Both the position numbers and the translations under genes were made by a program. The notes beneath the pieces are model-generated. The model made no database searches. It worked only from the letters and a program-made list of their open reading frames with translations, and was not told the origin of the DNA. From NCBI RefSeq assembly GCF_018350175.1, contig NC_058369.1, positions 12,154,001 through 12,218,000 on the forward strand: 64,000 bases of DNA. The letters run 5' to 3'. Below, in pieces: positions 35,503 to 48,035 of the stretch (its first letter is position 1; each line of letters begins with the position of its first letter). The stretch is from Felis catus (Eukaryota).

Positions 35503-37379
35503 GTGCACAAAACATTTTAAGTAAAGACGAGGCTACCAGGATGGTTTCCGTTTTCTTCTTTATTGTTACCTGAACTCCTAAAATATGTGTGCCTTTCTAG
35601 AGACTTGAATCACAATCTTAAGACTTTTAAAGCTAGAAAGGTCTTCGTCCGGTCCGGCCTCCTTGCCAAAGGAGGAAAGTGAGTCCCAGAGCAGTTAGGT
35701 AGCGTGTGCCCAAGGTCATGAAGCAGGAGCATACTGCTGCTGGAGAGCAAATCAAAGAGATATTTAAAAACCCACTAAACATAAACATGCAAGCCCATAT
35801 CACGTAATTTCTCTGGAATAAGTCTGTGATAAGGATCACATTTCCCTTTATGTTTTTCCAACAACAGCTCATGATACAATTTGTACGGCTCCTGGTAACT
35901 TTTACTGGGGAAAATTTGGGGGAAAAAAAAAAAACAACAACAAAAGTACCATGTTTCAAAAGGAACCAGATCTGATAAGGCGGCAGAAATATTTACTCCA
36001 TTATTTCAAGAGGCAGGTTCTTTGTTTCTCAGACGCTTCCTGTTTTAAAAATAGCTTTCCACAACTGTTCCAGGACTAGGATGTCCTTTTAAATGAAACG
36101 GGCTTTGAAGATGCAATTTCATTTCAGTGGCAGATAATCGGCCAGCCTTTTGCAGGAGGCGGCTCGGACCGGGTCTCCTGGACCCTTGGGTGCCGGTCCC
36201 GCGGCAGCCGGGGCTGGGTGGCTGGACGGTGAGGAGGTGGGGAAGCAGCCAGCACAGGTGGGAGCCTGAACAGAGCGGGGCACCTGCTAAGGGGACAAAG
36301 GCTTCCAGCCATCGGGCGGCACATCAGTGATGTTGCGAAATCAAAGGCGCTGCCGTTCACATGCAGGATGTGATTGGATGGAGGGAGGGTATGACCCTTA
36401 GCTTTAGGCGTGATCGTGGCCTGGTGGCTGCGTGAGAAGGCGCCCACCTTTCTGAGCGACGCGTACTTGGATGGGGAAGGACGAAATGATGCCGTGGCCG
36501 AACTGCCTTGAAGCCTGGCTGCAAAGGGATCGGACACCGGGCGACGCGTATGCGGGGGTTTACTGTGCTCTTCTCGCCGCTACTATGTTTGGAGATTCTC
36601 GTAATAAATGCTTTCGAACTGGATACTCTGTGTTTTAGGAAAGGGTGTGCGTGTTCCCTGCCGAGGAAGAGGCAGAGCGAGCCCGTGGGAGCGGGGAGGG
36701 ATCGGTGGATTGGAGGCTGATTTTGGGTGTCTGTGTAGGAGCATCCCTGAGTGTGGGGGGGGGGGGGAGGCTGGGGAGAAAGGAAATGGGACTTAAAACT
36801 GGCTCATAACCGTTTTTGGGGGGGCGGGGTGTCTGGGAACCTTTAACAACCAAATGAAAACATCATGGACACCCTCCACATAAACAAGAAAAATACACAA
36901 ATGCAACCTCAGGGGTTCGAGGATTCCCTAAAGCCCATCGCACCTCCCTGGGTAAGAGCTCCTCATTCAGTGCACGGTCCTCCATTTCTAAGACGTAAAG
37001 AGACTCTTTCTGTGCCTTTTCTAGGTGCAGTGGAGACGTAAAAAAGCAACGGGGCAAGAAGAAACAAACCTTTTCCGAGACCGGCAAAATGCTGAGCCAC
37101 CGGCGCTTTGGGGCTTTGAGGCTCCGGGCAAATGACTACAAGACGCGGAGCCTCAGTTTTCCCACCAGGAAAATGCACGGTCGCCTTGCCTCGCCTGCCA
37201 GGTGGCTCTGAGGCTGAAACAAAATGCTGGAAGCTGAATCATTGCAAACACGGAGAGGGTTTCACCTCATGCCCACGTGCAGAGCTGTGACCACCTTGGG
37301 GAGCAGCGACACGGTGACTGCCACCTGAGGGGAGGAAGCCTGAGGAATCGCCTCCAGCCACATTCTGGAAGCTGCTGGC

Positions 37380-37720
37380 TCTTCCAGAGAGGATGGGGGG
37401 CACGCCCCTCAGAGGTCAGGAAGCCCACAGGCTTCGTGCGAGGCCCCAGACCCACGTCACTGCCAAGGACAGAGAAGCCAGGCGGTCTCCTGGGCACCAG
37501 GGAATCCCACACCCTCCAGGACCCCGGGGGCCCCTCGTCCGTAACCTGGAAAAGGGAGATTTAATTTCCCAATATTGGTTCATTAGTTCTAACAAATGTA
37601 CCATTATGAGTACAAGAGGTTAAAAACAGGGGAGTTTGTTAGGGGTTTATGGGAATCCCTTTGCATTATCTTTGTGATTTTTCTGCAAATCTGAAACTGG
37701 GTCTAAGAAGTAAAGTTTAC
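37380..37720 (+). mobile_element. Old L1 (L1MC-like) 3' fragment
   Basis: aatattggttcattagttctaacaaatgtacca...ggggtttatgggaatccctttgcattatcttt...ttttctgcaaatctgaaact. Confidence 0.6.
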
Positions 37721-38659
37721 TAAAGCGTAAGAACAAGCAAATAAATACGTCTGTTAGAATGATTCCCTGGAGGTGATAAAGCATGTGCATTGGGGGGCAG
37801 GGGGACTGAGAAGCAGCAGGCAGGGGGGCGGGGGTGAGCGGCCCTGCCTTGGCTGGGGAAGGGGAGCAGGCAGAGACCTTGGCCCAGAGATACACAACAA
37901 ACACCGAAAAGGAACTTTTCCAAAGAAGGGTCTTAGAATCTGACCCTACCAGAAGGGGCTGGGGCTGGGTCCCCTGAGATTTCCCGGAATGGTTGATCCT
38001 GACATTCCCATCTCGTCCCCTCCCGAACCTGCGTGGTTTGGGGGTCAGAGGTTCTCTGCTGCATTTTCTCTGGATAAAGGCTCTTCCCAGGCTATGCTCA
38101 GGCGGCTCAGATTCGAAAGTTATTATCATCTTTATCTGAAAGAAGTTGGTGGGGGGTGGGGGGGGAGGAGGGAAGGGGGGGTCTCGTCTCCCTGGGGACA
38201 GCGAGAAGCAAAGCAGGGGGCAGATCTGCAATATCTTCAGCAACTCCTGAGGTCGTCCTGTCAACAGTTACATCCAAGCTTCCGGAACGTTCTAGGGGAA
38301 CACAGCTGCATCCTAGGGGGAAACTGTCCCGTTTCCCGATTCTGACTACGGGTTTCGGACTGCCCAGTGGCCTCGCCCCTGATGGAGACCAGGCCTCAGC
38401 GAACGGCACGGGGCTCTTTTTTTCAAATTGCGGGGCCTTGACAAAGGGCCGCCCCCCCTCTAGTGACAATGACCCTGGGGAGCCAGGGCGACCCTGAAAA
38501 CGTCCGAAATTGGCTTTGTGGCCCTAGAAGCCACTCAAGCGCTTAGGATTCACACAGGAACCTTCCATCTGGTTTTCCGCCCACCGCGGGGCTGGTTTCC
38601 CTCTGGGATACCACGTGTGAACGTTAAAGCCAGGAAGATAACATTTCAATGAAAGGGAA

Positions 38660-39085
38660 AGAAAGATTGTGTTTTGTATTAAAATACTTTATATTAACCA
38701 TTCGAACTGAATTTTATACAACGGATGCGGACACCGCCCAGATGTCTGTCTCAGAAGGGGGGGTTGGGGAGGCGTCGGGTGGGGGCGCCCCGGCGCCGGC
38801 GCGAGCAGGAGACGAAAGGCCGGGAGTCACGGTCCTGTGCTCCGGGCGGAGGGAGAACCGGGTGCCGCCGCTCAACAGGGACGTCACGGCGCAGGTGAGC
38901 CCCCCGAGACCGAGGCCCTCTGACCCGCGAGTCCTTGGCGGAACAGTGGCGGCCACGCGTCACCACGTGAAACGGGGGCCACTGTGCGTGCGTGCGTGCG
39001 TGCGTACAGACAGACTCGAGCTTTCTCCTTTTGCACCAGCGCCCCCGCGGCCGTCCCGCCCGCGCCGGTGGCCGGGGCCGGGCGC
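38660..39085 (-). other. EPS15L1: EPS15L1 distal 3' UTR ending at an AT-rich patch with variant poly(A) hexamers (AATATA/TATAAA 38695-38688, AATACA 38680-38675)
   Basis: GC-rich UTR switches to an AT-rich block with upstream UGUA and a downstream pyrimidine-rich tract on the minus strand; cleavage site inferred. Confidence 0.6.
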
Positions 39086-39480
39086 CTAGGCGGCGGGCAT
39101 GTCAGCCTTGCTGAGCGCGATGGCCAGCTCCAGGTCCTCCTGCTCCTGCCGCCGCAGCCGCGCCAGCCTCTCCTGCTCCGCCTTCTCGCTCTCCCGCTTG
39201 GCCCACGCGAGTTGCTGCTCCTCATTGCCAAACTGCAAAGGAAAATGGAGGTGGGGTTACTCGGCCCGGAAGCTGCGAGCCACCACTTGGGGGTGGGGGC
39301 GGGGGGGGGCGAGGAGGGCGCCTGCCGTGCGCGCTGTCGGGGTGCAGAATGCAATGCTGGGGTGCGCTGGGGGGGGGGGGCGGGGGCCGCGTGGCGTGCA
39401 CGTGAAAACCGGCAGAAGCCAAAGAAGCCCGTGTCTCGGTCGGGAGCGGGGAGGGGACACGCACGCCCCCCGGTCCTGAC
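38720..39480. other. CpG-rich patch over the EPS15L1 last exon
   Basis: Dense CpG and GC content across the terminal exon and flanks. Confidence 0.6.
39086..39232 (-). CDS. EPS15L1: EPS15L1 terminal coding exon with tandem ubiquitin-interacting motifs (FGNEEQQLAWAKRESEKAEQERLARLRRQEQEDLELAIALSKADMPAA*)
   Basis: Acceptor ttttcctttgcag|TTT, phase 0; EEQQLAWAKRES and EQEDLELAIALS are UIM motifs; TAG at 39088-39086. Not called as such in the ORF track. Confidence 0.95.
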   Translation of the reverse strand, partial: FGNEEQQLAWAKRESEKAEQERLARLRRQEQEDLELAIALSKADMPAA

Positions 39481-42400
39481 CCAGGGTCACATGCACTGAG
39501 AAACAGTCTGACCTGAACTGCCACCTGGGACCTCAGAGAAACTAGTCGCCCTGCCCGCAGGAAACCAAGGCAGGCAACGCGAGGCGTCAGTTTGGGGACA
39601 CAGAGAGATTTCCTGCAACTCCCCGGGGTGGGAGTCTATGAGGCTTCAACGGGGGTGTGAAGGAGGAGCCTCCGCGTGGCCTCCTCTCGGGGCGTCTCTG
39701 AAAACGGCGGTGGAGCAGAGGTCTGAACCGAGGAGCTCAAACAGCGAACCTACAAGGCCCGGGCCTCGATGACGGGCCGATGACACCAGTGGGTGGAAGG
39801 CGCCGAGACTGGAGAGTTCTGGCACGTGCACGGGGCTCTGGGCTTCACATGTGCACAGACGACTGTCTTGAAACGCGGCATCTCTACCCCGGCCACGGTC
39901 CGGGGAGCTCTGGGCCTGCTAAGCGCCACTTTGTACTTGAACATTTACAGCAGCCAATCGGTCCAGGAGTTCTTGAGGTCCTTTTCCAAAAGTTTCAATT
40001 CAAAAAAAAATTTTTTTCAGCAGCAGAGGAAACCGTTCTGATACCAAGATGGGTGGTTTCAAACCAGTCAAGGCACCTTAGCTTTCTGGCAAGAAAAGCA
40101 AAGCTAGATCTCACACGCTCTTCCCGTGGCGTGGGTCGCTGGCTCCCCCCAAGACCCCCCATCACATGCCCCAACGCAGACTCGGGGCCCTTCCCAGGTG
40201 TCTTCGCTGCACCCGCTCTGCCGGCTCTTCACTAAGCGCTGGACGACACCAAAGAAACAGGCAGGCCGGTCCTTGGAAAGGTGGCCCTCGGGAACAGGCA
40301 TACAGACAATCCCAATCTGACACGGGCTTCAAGGAGGCCCATACAGACCCCAGGGGGAGCACTGGGGAAGGAAGCACAAAAGAAATTCGCGGCTACCTCT
40401 TCACACATGTACTGAGCCTGAGTGGCAACTGGGGGGTGAGCTCATCCGACAGGTGGGGACACGGAGGCCTGGGGACAGCAGGGAGCTGTGCCCGCAGCAC
40501 GCTGGACTTTCTCTCTGGGTCTGGGTGGAGGCGGGGCAGGGGCGGTCAGCCACAGCTGAGGAGTTGGGGCCACAGGGCACCTTCGTGAGTGTGGCTTTTG
40601 CCGGGGTGGGGGGTTACCAGCCAACCCTGGCGTTGCCAGAACAGAGCATGGGGTGGGAGGGGCTAGACTTCCAAGGGCTTGTGCACCAGAGTGGGGGAGG
40701 GGTGGTGGAGGAAGCCTGGTCTGGACCACATGTGGCCTGGAGAAGGAGGTGGGACAGGAGAGGCAGCCTCCCTCCGTCTGGCCTTGGGAGTCAGGTGGGG
40801 ACAAGTGTGGGGTCAGCATGAAAAAGAGCCGTCCCCAGGAAGAAAGGCTAAGTCTGACTTTCTCAAAGAAGCTACCCAGAAAAGCGTTCAGGGGGGTGAT
40901 GAGTCTCCAGGTAGGACTCCCTGAAACCTGGTCCCCACCCCTGTTTCCACTGCCCGTCACAGAAAGCCCCCCCCCCCCCCCCGCACTCTGGGGAACTTTC
41001 CCATACCTCATCAGGAGAAAAATAAGGAAAAAACAACAAATGCTGGCAGAAATGGCAGCATGGTTGACAGGGACCTTGCCCTCTGTCGGCTCAGAGGAGG
41101 GGGTGGGTGGGGGCTGACAGGCAACGGCCAAGGTGATCCAGCCACAGCCTGGAAGCAAGGCCAGGAGGGGTCAAGTATCAGCTGAGGCCACACGGCCACA
41201 CCATGATTCCCGCCCAGCCCCAGAGTCTTAGGATGTCACCACAAAGCCTCCTGTTCAAGGGGTCTCCATTTTCAAATTAGATGTGCTGACAGGAACATTC
41301 CAGATGCCTTCAGAGCGGACTGGGTTGGGGCCAGCTTCAGGATCCTCTATGGAGACTCGAACCAAGCATATGGTTTGTGCGCACTTGAGAAGCAGGCTGG
41401 ACCATCGTTTCCGAGAGAACACCGGAGGAAGAGGGTTCCTTGTAGCTCCCTCTGGGCCTCATGTCAGCAGAAAATTCTCTCCGGGTCCCAGCGGACCCCG
41501 GTCCTCTGACCTGCCCGCGTCGTGAAGGCCAGAACCTGGAGCACCTGTGGATGCGACCGCCACTCCATCAACGGCAGCTGACTCCCGCTTCACCCCTGCG
41601 CCGTCCTGGAGCGGAGACAGTGGGGCACAGGTTGCTGCCCTCCCTCAACATCTCGAGGCGGACACTTAGCAGTTTTACTTCAGCAGCCTCTTGGCAGAAA
41701 TCCGGGGTCCAGACGGCTCCGCACACAAGTCACCTGGGACCGTTCCTCCCCGGGGCCCGAGGCGTGTGACAGAGCCTGTACCGTGCCATGCGCGGGACGC
41801 CTGCAGCCACCTCCCGCTGGCTCACTGCTGCCACCGTGAGAATCGCATCCAACTCGGTTGAGGGTGCACGGCGCACCCATCTGATAGCTGCTCTGTACGT
41901 CTGGAAAAAAGAGCCATTTTGCTAACCTATAAATGCTACTTCCTAATAAACACATTTGCCTGAGACAGAAAGTCTTGTTTTGAAAGAAATCTTGGAGACG
42001 TTTCCCGTGAACAGCTCCAAGGACAAGTAACCCATTGATGGAAACTCGGGGCTCATAAATTAGAGGCTTCCAGAGTGGCAGAGCCAGGGCGCCAACGGGG
42101 GACGGCACGCGCAGTGACATCGGCATAACTGAGCTCCAGTGCAGACCCAGAGGCTTCTGCGCGGGGAACAGGGCGTCTCGGTGCCACTCTTAGAACATCC
42201 GAGCTGGAAGAGTCACGGTGCCAGTGACTGGGCAGGAAGAGACCTGTCAGCGTTTACTTGGGGAAGCTGAAATACACAAACCAGAGGAACCGACTCTGGC
42301 CCTGTTTTGAGTTGGCCCAGATCTTCAAGGTCCAGGGAACCAGAAACCAGTGGCCAATGGGCTGCATCCCTGGATGTCATGAAAACGCAGACATCCTGAG

Positions 42401-42969
42401 TGCCCCAAGGTGGGACAGGCTGACCATCTTGGGACTATAGTAGGACCGAAGGGGACACACCAAACCAGTCAGGTGTCCTGCCTGCCTCTCCCCACACTCC
42501 ATCCCAGCAGAGTGGCCAAATCCCACTGTCGGGTCATTTCCTCTGGAAAAACTGGGGCATCCGAAGCGGGAAAGGCGATTTCAAACAAAGAACAGCAGGG
42601 CTGCAAACTGGGTGGAACCTGATCCCCCACCTGGAAACGAGAATGATCAAATACCAGGGATGTTTCTGGAGTGACCAAAAATGTTGGGCCAAATGACAGC
42701 TTGAAACCTCAGATTTTTTTTTTTTTAAATATTTTCCCCAAACCAGCCATCAGGTGGGGGGTGGGGGTCACAGAAACAGAACCATGCATTTCAGAAAGAG
42801 AGCAGTCGTTTCTCCCAATTGCCAATCACATCTACTTACCCCTCTTCCCTACCCAAAACAGAGTACCCGAATCATACGTGAACAGCTCTATTTTTCTCAT
42901 CAGCGTTTAACATTTTTTTCCCCCCGCCAAAATACAAATGTGGTACTATTCAAGAAACTGTAGATAAAG

Positions 42970-44163
42970 CGGGTTTTGTTTTGGGCTTTTATTAATAATG
43001 TTGCCATTTGTATACATCCACAGTGTGCACTGGCTGTCAACAAAATTCAGCTAAAGGCAGTCGTAAAATATTTATAGGTCGCCAAGAGCCGAGAACGCGT
43101 CGGCATCTCGGGCGATTTCGGTAACGCCACAGGACGGCTAGCTGTGCACGAGGTGGATCTGAAGCGAATCAGGCACTCACTGGGCACCGACAGGGCAGAG
43201 CCTGTGTTAGGACAGAGTCTGGGAGCAGGAGTGTCTATTAGGTCATGCGTCTCCACCCCTAGCCAGGAAACAAAAGTACTTTGCAAATTCGAATGAAGAA
43301 AACCTTTTCAAAAACAAACAGTGCGCGACAGACAGACCGTGAAACCAGTTCTGGGAAGACAACATCTGAAGCTCTCGGAGAACAAGATTCTCGGTACCCA
43401 GGAAGGTACTGAAAACAGCCTGGAGGGACAGCGTTTTACAACCTGGAATCTTTTCTTGCGCTCCGCTCCGAGAAACAAAGCCAGGCTTTCAGAAATCCCA
43501 GGATTAGCTTCTGAAAAGGCACTTAGCTTTGCTAACTGGCTCCGGGAGGGTTTTGGTTTTGGTTTAGTTTTGGCAAAGGGAAAGGGCGTCAGGGCAGTTG
43601 TTCTGGGCTGGACGTCTCTGTGCATTGTAGCTGGTAACTGAATTAAGTGCTGAAAAATCGAATGGCTCTTCCTTTGCGGGTCCTGCCTGGGTCCATCCGT
43701 CCTCACTAGCCGCTCCAAATGCACTGGGGCGGGCCCATCACAACTCTGGCAACGGAGACCCTTCTGGGGGCAGCGACACCCTAACGAAACTTCTGCCGTC
43801 TTGTTTTCAGACTTCGGAAGCGTGCGACACCTCAGCTGCCAAGAGTCCCTGAACACAACAGCCTCTGGGCAACAGAAATAACACAGAGTCTAACCAGGAA
43901 GGACAGAAACAGGCCTGCGTGGCCACCCCGCTGGAAGAAAGCATGCCCTTATCACAGAGTATCCAAACCGTAGCTCTTTTTTTTGTTTTATTGAGAAACT
44001 GGTTTTCTTACAGAAAGCAGTAGTACAGAATAAATAACACAAGTGAGAGCACTGAGGTACCGGGGGACATAAGCCAAGTTTGCCTTTGGAAAGAGACAAA
44101 AAAAAACAACCCCAAAGAAGCTGCAAGCGGAGGGGTGAGGGTGGGGGGTGGCGCAGAGGAAGC
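42970..44163 (-). other. EPS15L1: Alternative EPS15L1 3' UTR (intron read-through isoform) with AATAAA at 43992-43987 and 42993-42988
   Basis: In-frame stop right after the donor; two canonical AATAAA on the minus strand, each with upstream UGUA; no repeats seen in the interval. Confidence 0.65.
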
Positions 44164-44172
44164 TCAACTTAC

Positions 44173-44378
44173 AGAGGTGAAGTCTGCAAAGCCCAAGGAA
44201 GAGGCTTTAGAAGGTTTAGCTGAAGAGGAGGGAGCAAATGGATCTTTTCCACTAAACGGGTCCCCAAACCCCTTTTTATTTTGGAACGGGTCACTGCTGT
44301 CAGCCCCGAGTGGCTGGAATGGATCGGGGGGCTCGGGAAAGTCTGCAGAACCAAGCTGGCTTACAGGTGTACTTTTAC
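44173..44378 (-). CDS. EPS15L1: EPS15L1 penultimate coding exon, 206 nt ([10 protein letters not shown]...four DPF motifs...GFADFTS); reading through the donor adds VS* (stop at 44164-44166)
   Basis: Long polypyrimidine tract then ttccag|GT AAA; phase 1 matches the previous exon; donor TCT|gtaagt; ORF 44164..44430. Confidence 0.95.
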
Positions 44379-47300
44379 CTGGAAAGTTTAGGAGAAAAAA
44401 GAAAAAAAAAAAAAAAAGGGAGAAAAACAAAAGAAATACAAGTTACTGACCACGGACAGAACAGAGTCCTGACCGAGGAGGCCGGCACGCGCTCACGGAG
44501 ACACCCTCTCCCTCTTTGGAAAGGGCTGGAATGCCGCTCAGTGGTGGGACAGATCCCGGGGAATCCTGGGTGGATCTCGCTTTATGCTCACCTTATCCCA
44601 GAGGCTTAACAGGTTTGCGGGCAAATACAAGAAAACCACTTCAGACAACCCCCTCCCTTCCCCGCCCCACACAGCTAAAATTTACTGTCTTTAACAAGCG
44701 TACTCGCAGGCATGTTTCAAAGTGACTCATTTTAGTGTGGCAACACATTTACTTATCACACGGAAAGTCATGGCTGAGCAGAAAAATACACTGTAAAACT
44801 TCTAACAAAAAAAAAGGGGGGTATTTGCAATTAAAAGGGGGAATTGGTTTCACAACATGGTACAGAGTTAGCATTACTTGTGAGGCTCACCAGACAAACC
44901 CCCTCTGCTATCCTGAGATTTAGATTTGTTTTCAGCTCCCACTTCTGCCCTTTGGTGCTGGTGGCTCCAACGGGCAGGATTTGGGTCTTTCTGGGTTCTT
45001 GCTGAGAGGATGGCTCTAGGATGCCTGGGTCCTGGCAAGGCAGATCGCTACGGGATGAGTGTGGGATACACATGCTTAGAGTTAGAGACAACTGAGGCCC
45101 TGAGATCACGCTAGGGGCTGTGGCTTGAGGGCAGGCAGCTTCTCCTAACAAGTCCTGCCAGCGTGCTAGAATATTCCACTAGGAACCAGGGGCCTCCCCA
45201 GGCCTGCCTAGCAACACTTGATGAGCCTCCAGGATCTGCCCATTTTGTAGGCCGGGTCCTTGCCTGACGCCACTCCTTTGCCCGATGGCAGGCCAGGGCG
45301 GTCGGGGCACCCAGAGTGAGGTGTTTAATTCAGTCCAAGCAGGTCTGCGTCCAAGCCCCAGGCTAGAGACTAGAGGGCACTTAACATAATTCCAATTTGT
45401 CAATCCAGCTGTTTACGTTTACTCTTGCAATTTCAAAACTAATGTGCACGAAGAACCTAAAAGCCAAGGGCCACATTGCACATATGACCTGGGACATCTA
45501 GCTGCACATCCAGAAGATGCCTCCAGCCCCGAGTGGCATCTCAGGTGCCCCCATGCAGCACCTGAGCCTGGGACACCTGCCTTCCTCACCCAGCCAGCCT
45601 CTGCCACATCACCTGCCAGCTAGAGAGACGCCCACCCGTCCATCTTCAGGCCCAGCTCTCAAAACCATCCTCTCCATGCTGCTGCCCGGGCTACATTTCT
45701 AAAGGCCCTGAGGTGTCCCTAAGAGCTCTGGGGCCACGGCCTGCCTCTGCTTCTTTTAGTGTCAAGACCTCACCAAGGACAAGTACCTCAGCCCCAGCTG
45801 GCCGGTTTCCTACGTGTGAAGCGGGAATAAAGAGGCAGGGGTCAGATGAGATGGCTGAGGCGTGGTGCCCCTAGGAGCAGTGGGGTCTGGCCCCCCACCC
45901 CCGAGGCCACCTTGGCATCCTGCACCACAGTGGGTTCTGCCCTTCTCGGTCACACCGCCTGCCCCAGGCAGTACCAGTAGGACTCAGGTGGACCAAGAAG
46001 CGGGGAGGGGGCAGGCCGGCGCATCAGCCCACCTCTCCCAGTGGCCTCAAATCGATTCATAGGCAGACGCAGGGCCCGATGGTGGGCGAGCCCTATGAGC
46101 TAGAAGAAGGAGCCCCCCCCAGAGAGCCTTTGCCGAAGCCCCGGGTGTGCCACGCTGGCATGGGTTACGGGACCGGATGGGTCACTCCCCAGAAGGGTAG
46201 CGCAGAGTCCGTGCAGCAGGAATTAGGACCTCCCTCTCCCATAGCAAGTGACTTGCCAGAGAGAAGGCCTGGGGGAGCCCCCCCCACATTCTATACTGGC
46301 TGCGACTCTACCGCTGGGGGCTCCTCCCCCGTCCACGACAGAGCCCAGATCTTCAAGCTGTCCCTCCGGCACCAAGTGCTGCTGCGGGTGCCATCCCCCC
46401 TGACATCAGCTCTCCCACCTCCTCCTCCTCCTCCTGGACCTCTGCGCCACAGGGCTGCAGGGAGCAGGGTGTTCTGGGTGCTCGCCACAGCTCCCTGGCT
46501 TGTCCCGCTGGCCTCGAAGAACCGCCCGCCCCCCCAACACGGCCGCCGTGCACGGCCGGCCTACTCCCTGCTCTGAGGGATGAGCCAACGGGTGAGTCAA
46601 GGCCTCCCTGGTCCCCAGACTAGGGGGAGGGGAGACAGCTGTCAGGTGAGGCCGGCCCAGCCGCTTGCAAACTCCAGGCTGTCCACCTGAGAACAGTGGG
46701 GGGCAGACAAACTCCAGGGGCACCCCAAGCGGGAGGAAGGGTGGGCATGCCCACACCACCCGGAGATGCCCTATTTCTCTTTGCAGCTACCGCCCTGAGC
46801 AAGCAGCTCACCTCTCTCCTGGGTCCCTGGGAACCGCTCACGTCACTGGTCGCTCCCCCTCCCAGCTTCCTGCCCCATAGGCCATCCTCATCCAGCAAAA
46901 CGGCTTTTTAACGGCTTTTTAACATCGCCGATCCCCACGCTGCTGAGATCTCCCAAAGGCTCGCTGGCTGCTGCTCTAGGAATACGCACCAGCCCCGCCC
47001 AGCTGAGTCCTTTGTGCCTGCTGTCCCCAGGCCTGGGAAACCCTTCCTCTTGCAGAGCCAGAGGCTGACCCTCCCCACTTCTGGCCGAGATGCCTCCCCG
47101 TCTACCGTTCTGCGGCCCCTGTTACCTTCTGTCATTACGTCACGTGTGTATTTTTGCTCTCTCTCAACACAACATAAGCTCCCTGGCGCTAGGGCCCCGC
47201 TGTCCGCTGCTGTGTCCTGATGCTATCGTAGGGCCTGATGCTTTACACCCTGGCTGAACGGAGCTTTCTTCCTTACAGGTCCCCCTGTACCCCCAGCCCC

Positions 47301-47647
47301 ACCCCAGGCCTATGCTTCTCCCATTGCGCGGTGACTCCCGAAGGCCCTGCAACCCATGCCAAAGTCTCCCCAACGGCATTGCCTGCCACCCCTCCAGGGC
47401 TTGAGTGGCACCTCCTTTCCTGGGAACCCCCCCAACGCGGGGTTTTTTTCTGGCTGGTCCCTCTGCCCAGGATGCATTCCCGACTCAGTTGCTACTGTCC
47501 TCTCGGGGGAACTCCTGTGCCCTGTGCTCAACTCTTCCAGCCCAGCCCCGGGGCAGGCCAGACCTACCCCTGGGAGACGGGGGGTAGCACAGCAGCCACC
47601 CCTCGACCCTGTCCTCAGCCTTAGTCTCCTACTCCATGAAAAGGGGT

Positions 47648-48035
47648 TGTTAAGGGCCGAACTGCATCCACCACAAGTTCGTTATATTGTGCCCACCCCC
47701 AGCACCTAAGAATGTGACTGTATGTGGAGACGGGGTCTTGGAAGAGGTGATTACACTAAAATGAGGTCCTGTGGGGGGGCCCTTGTCCCATACGGGTGAC
47801 TTTATAAGGAAAGGGGATTAGGACACACACGTCCACAGAGAGAAGATGATGTGACGTGAAGACACGAGGAGAGGATCACCAGCTACCAGCCAAGGAGAGA
47901 GGCCTCAGAAGGAACCAGCCAAGCCTTTCGGCACCTTGACCTTGGACCCCCAGCCCCCAGGGCCGTGGGACGGTGGTACATCTCCGTTAGGCCGCCCAGC
48001 CTGTGGTCCTGCTACGGCAGCCCGAACACACTCAT
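47648..48035 (+). mobile_element. MLT1-type solo LTR in an EPS15L1 intron
   Basis: cccccagcacctaagaatgtgactgtat...taaaatgaggtc...ccaaggagagaggcctcagaaggaaccagcc...caccttgaccttggac...gctacggcagccc. Confidence 0.8.

Noticed and set aside
38884..39499. ORF-track proteins of 126-171 aa over the EPS15L1 last exon
   Set aside because: Wrong frame or strand; the real frame is the UIM-coding minus-strand frame 39232-39086.
45367..45380. CTCF-like word agactagagggcac (similar partial words near 38452 and 56012)
   Set aside because: Each has mismatches in the core; not supportable without a PWM scan or ChIP data.
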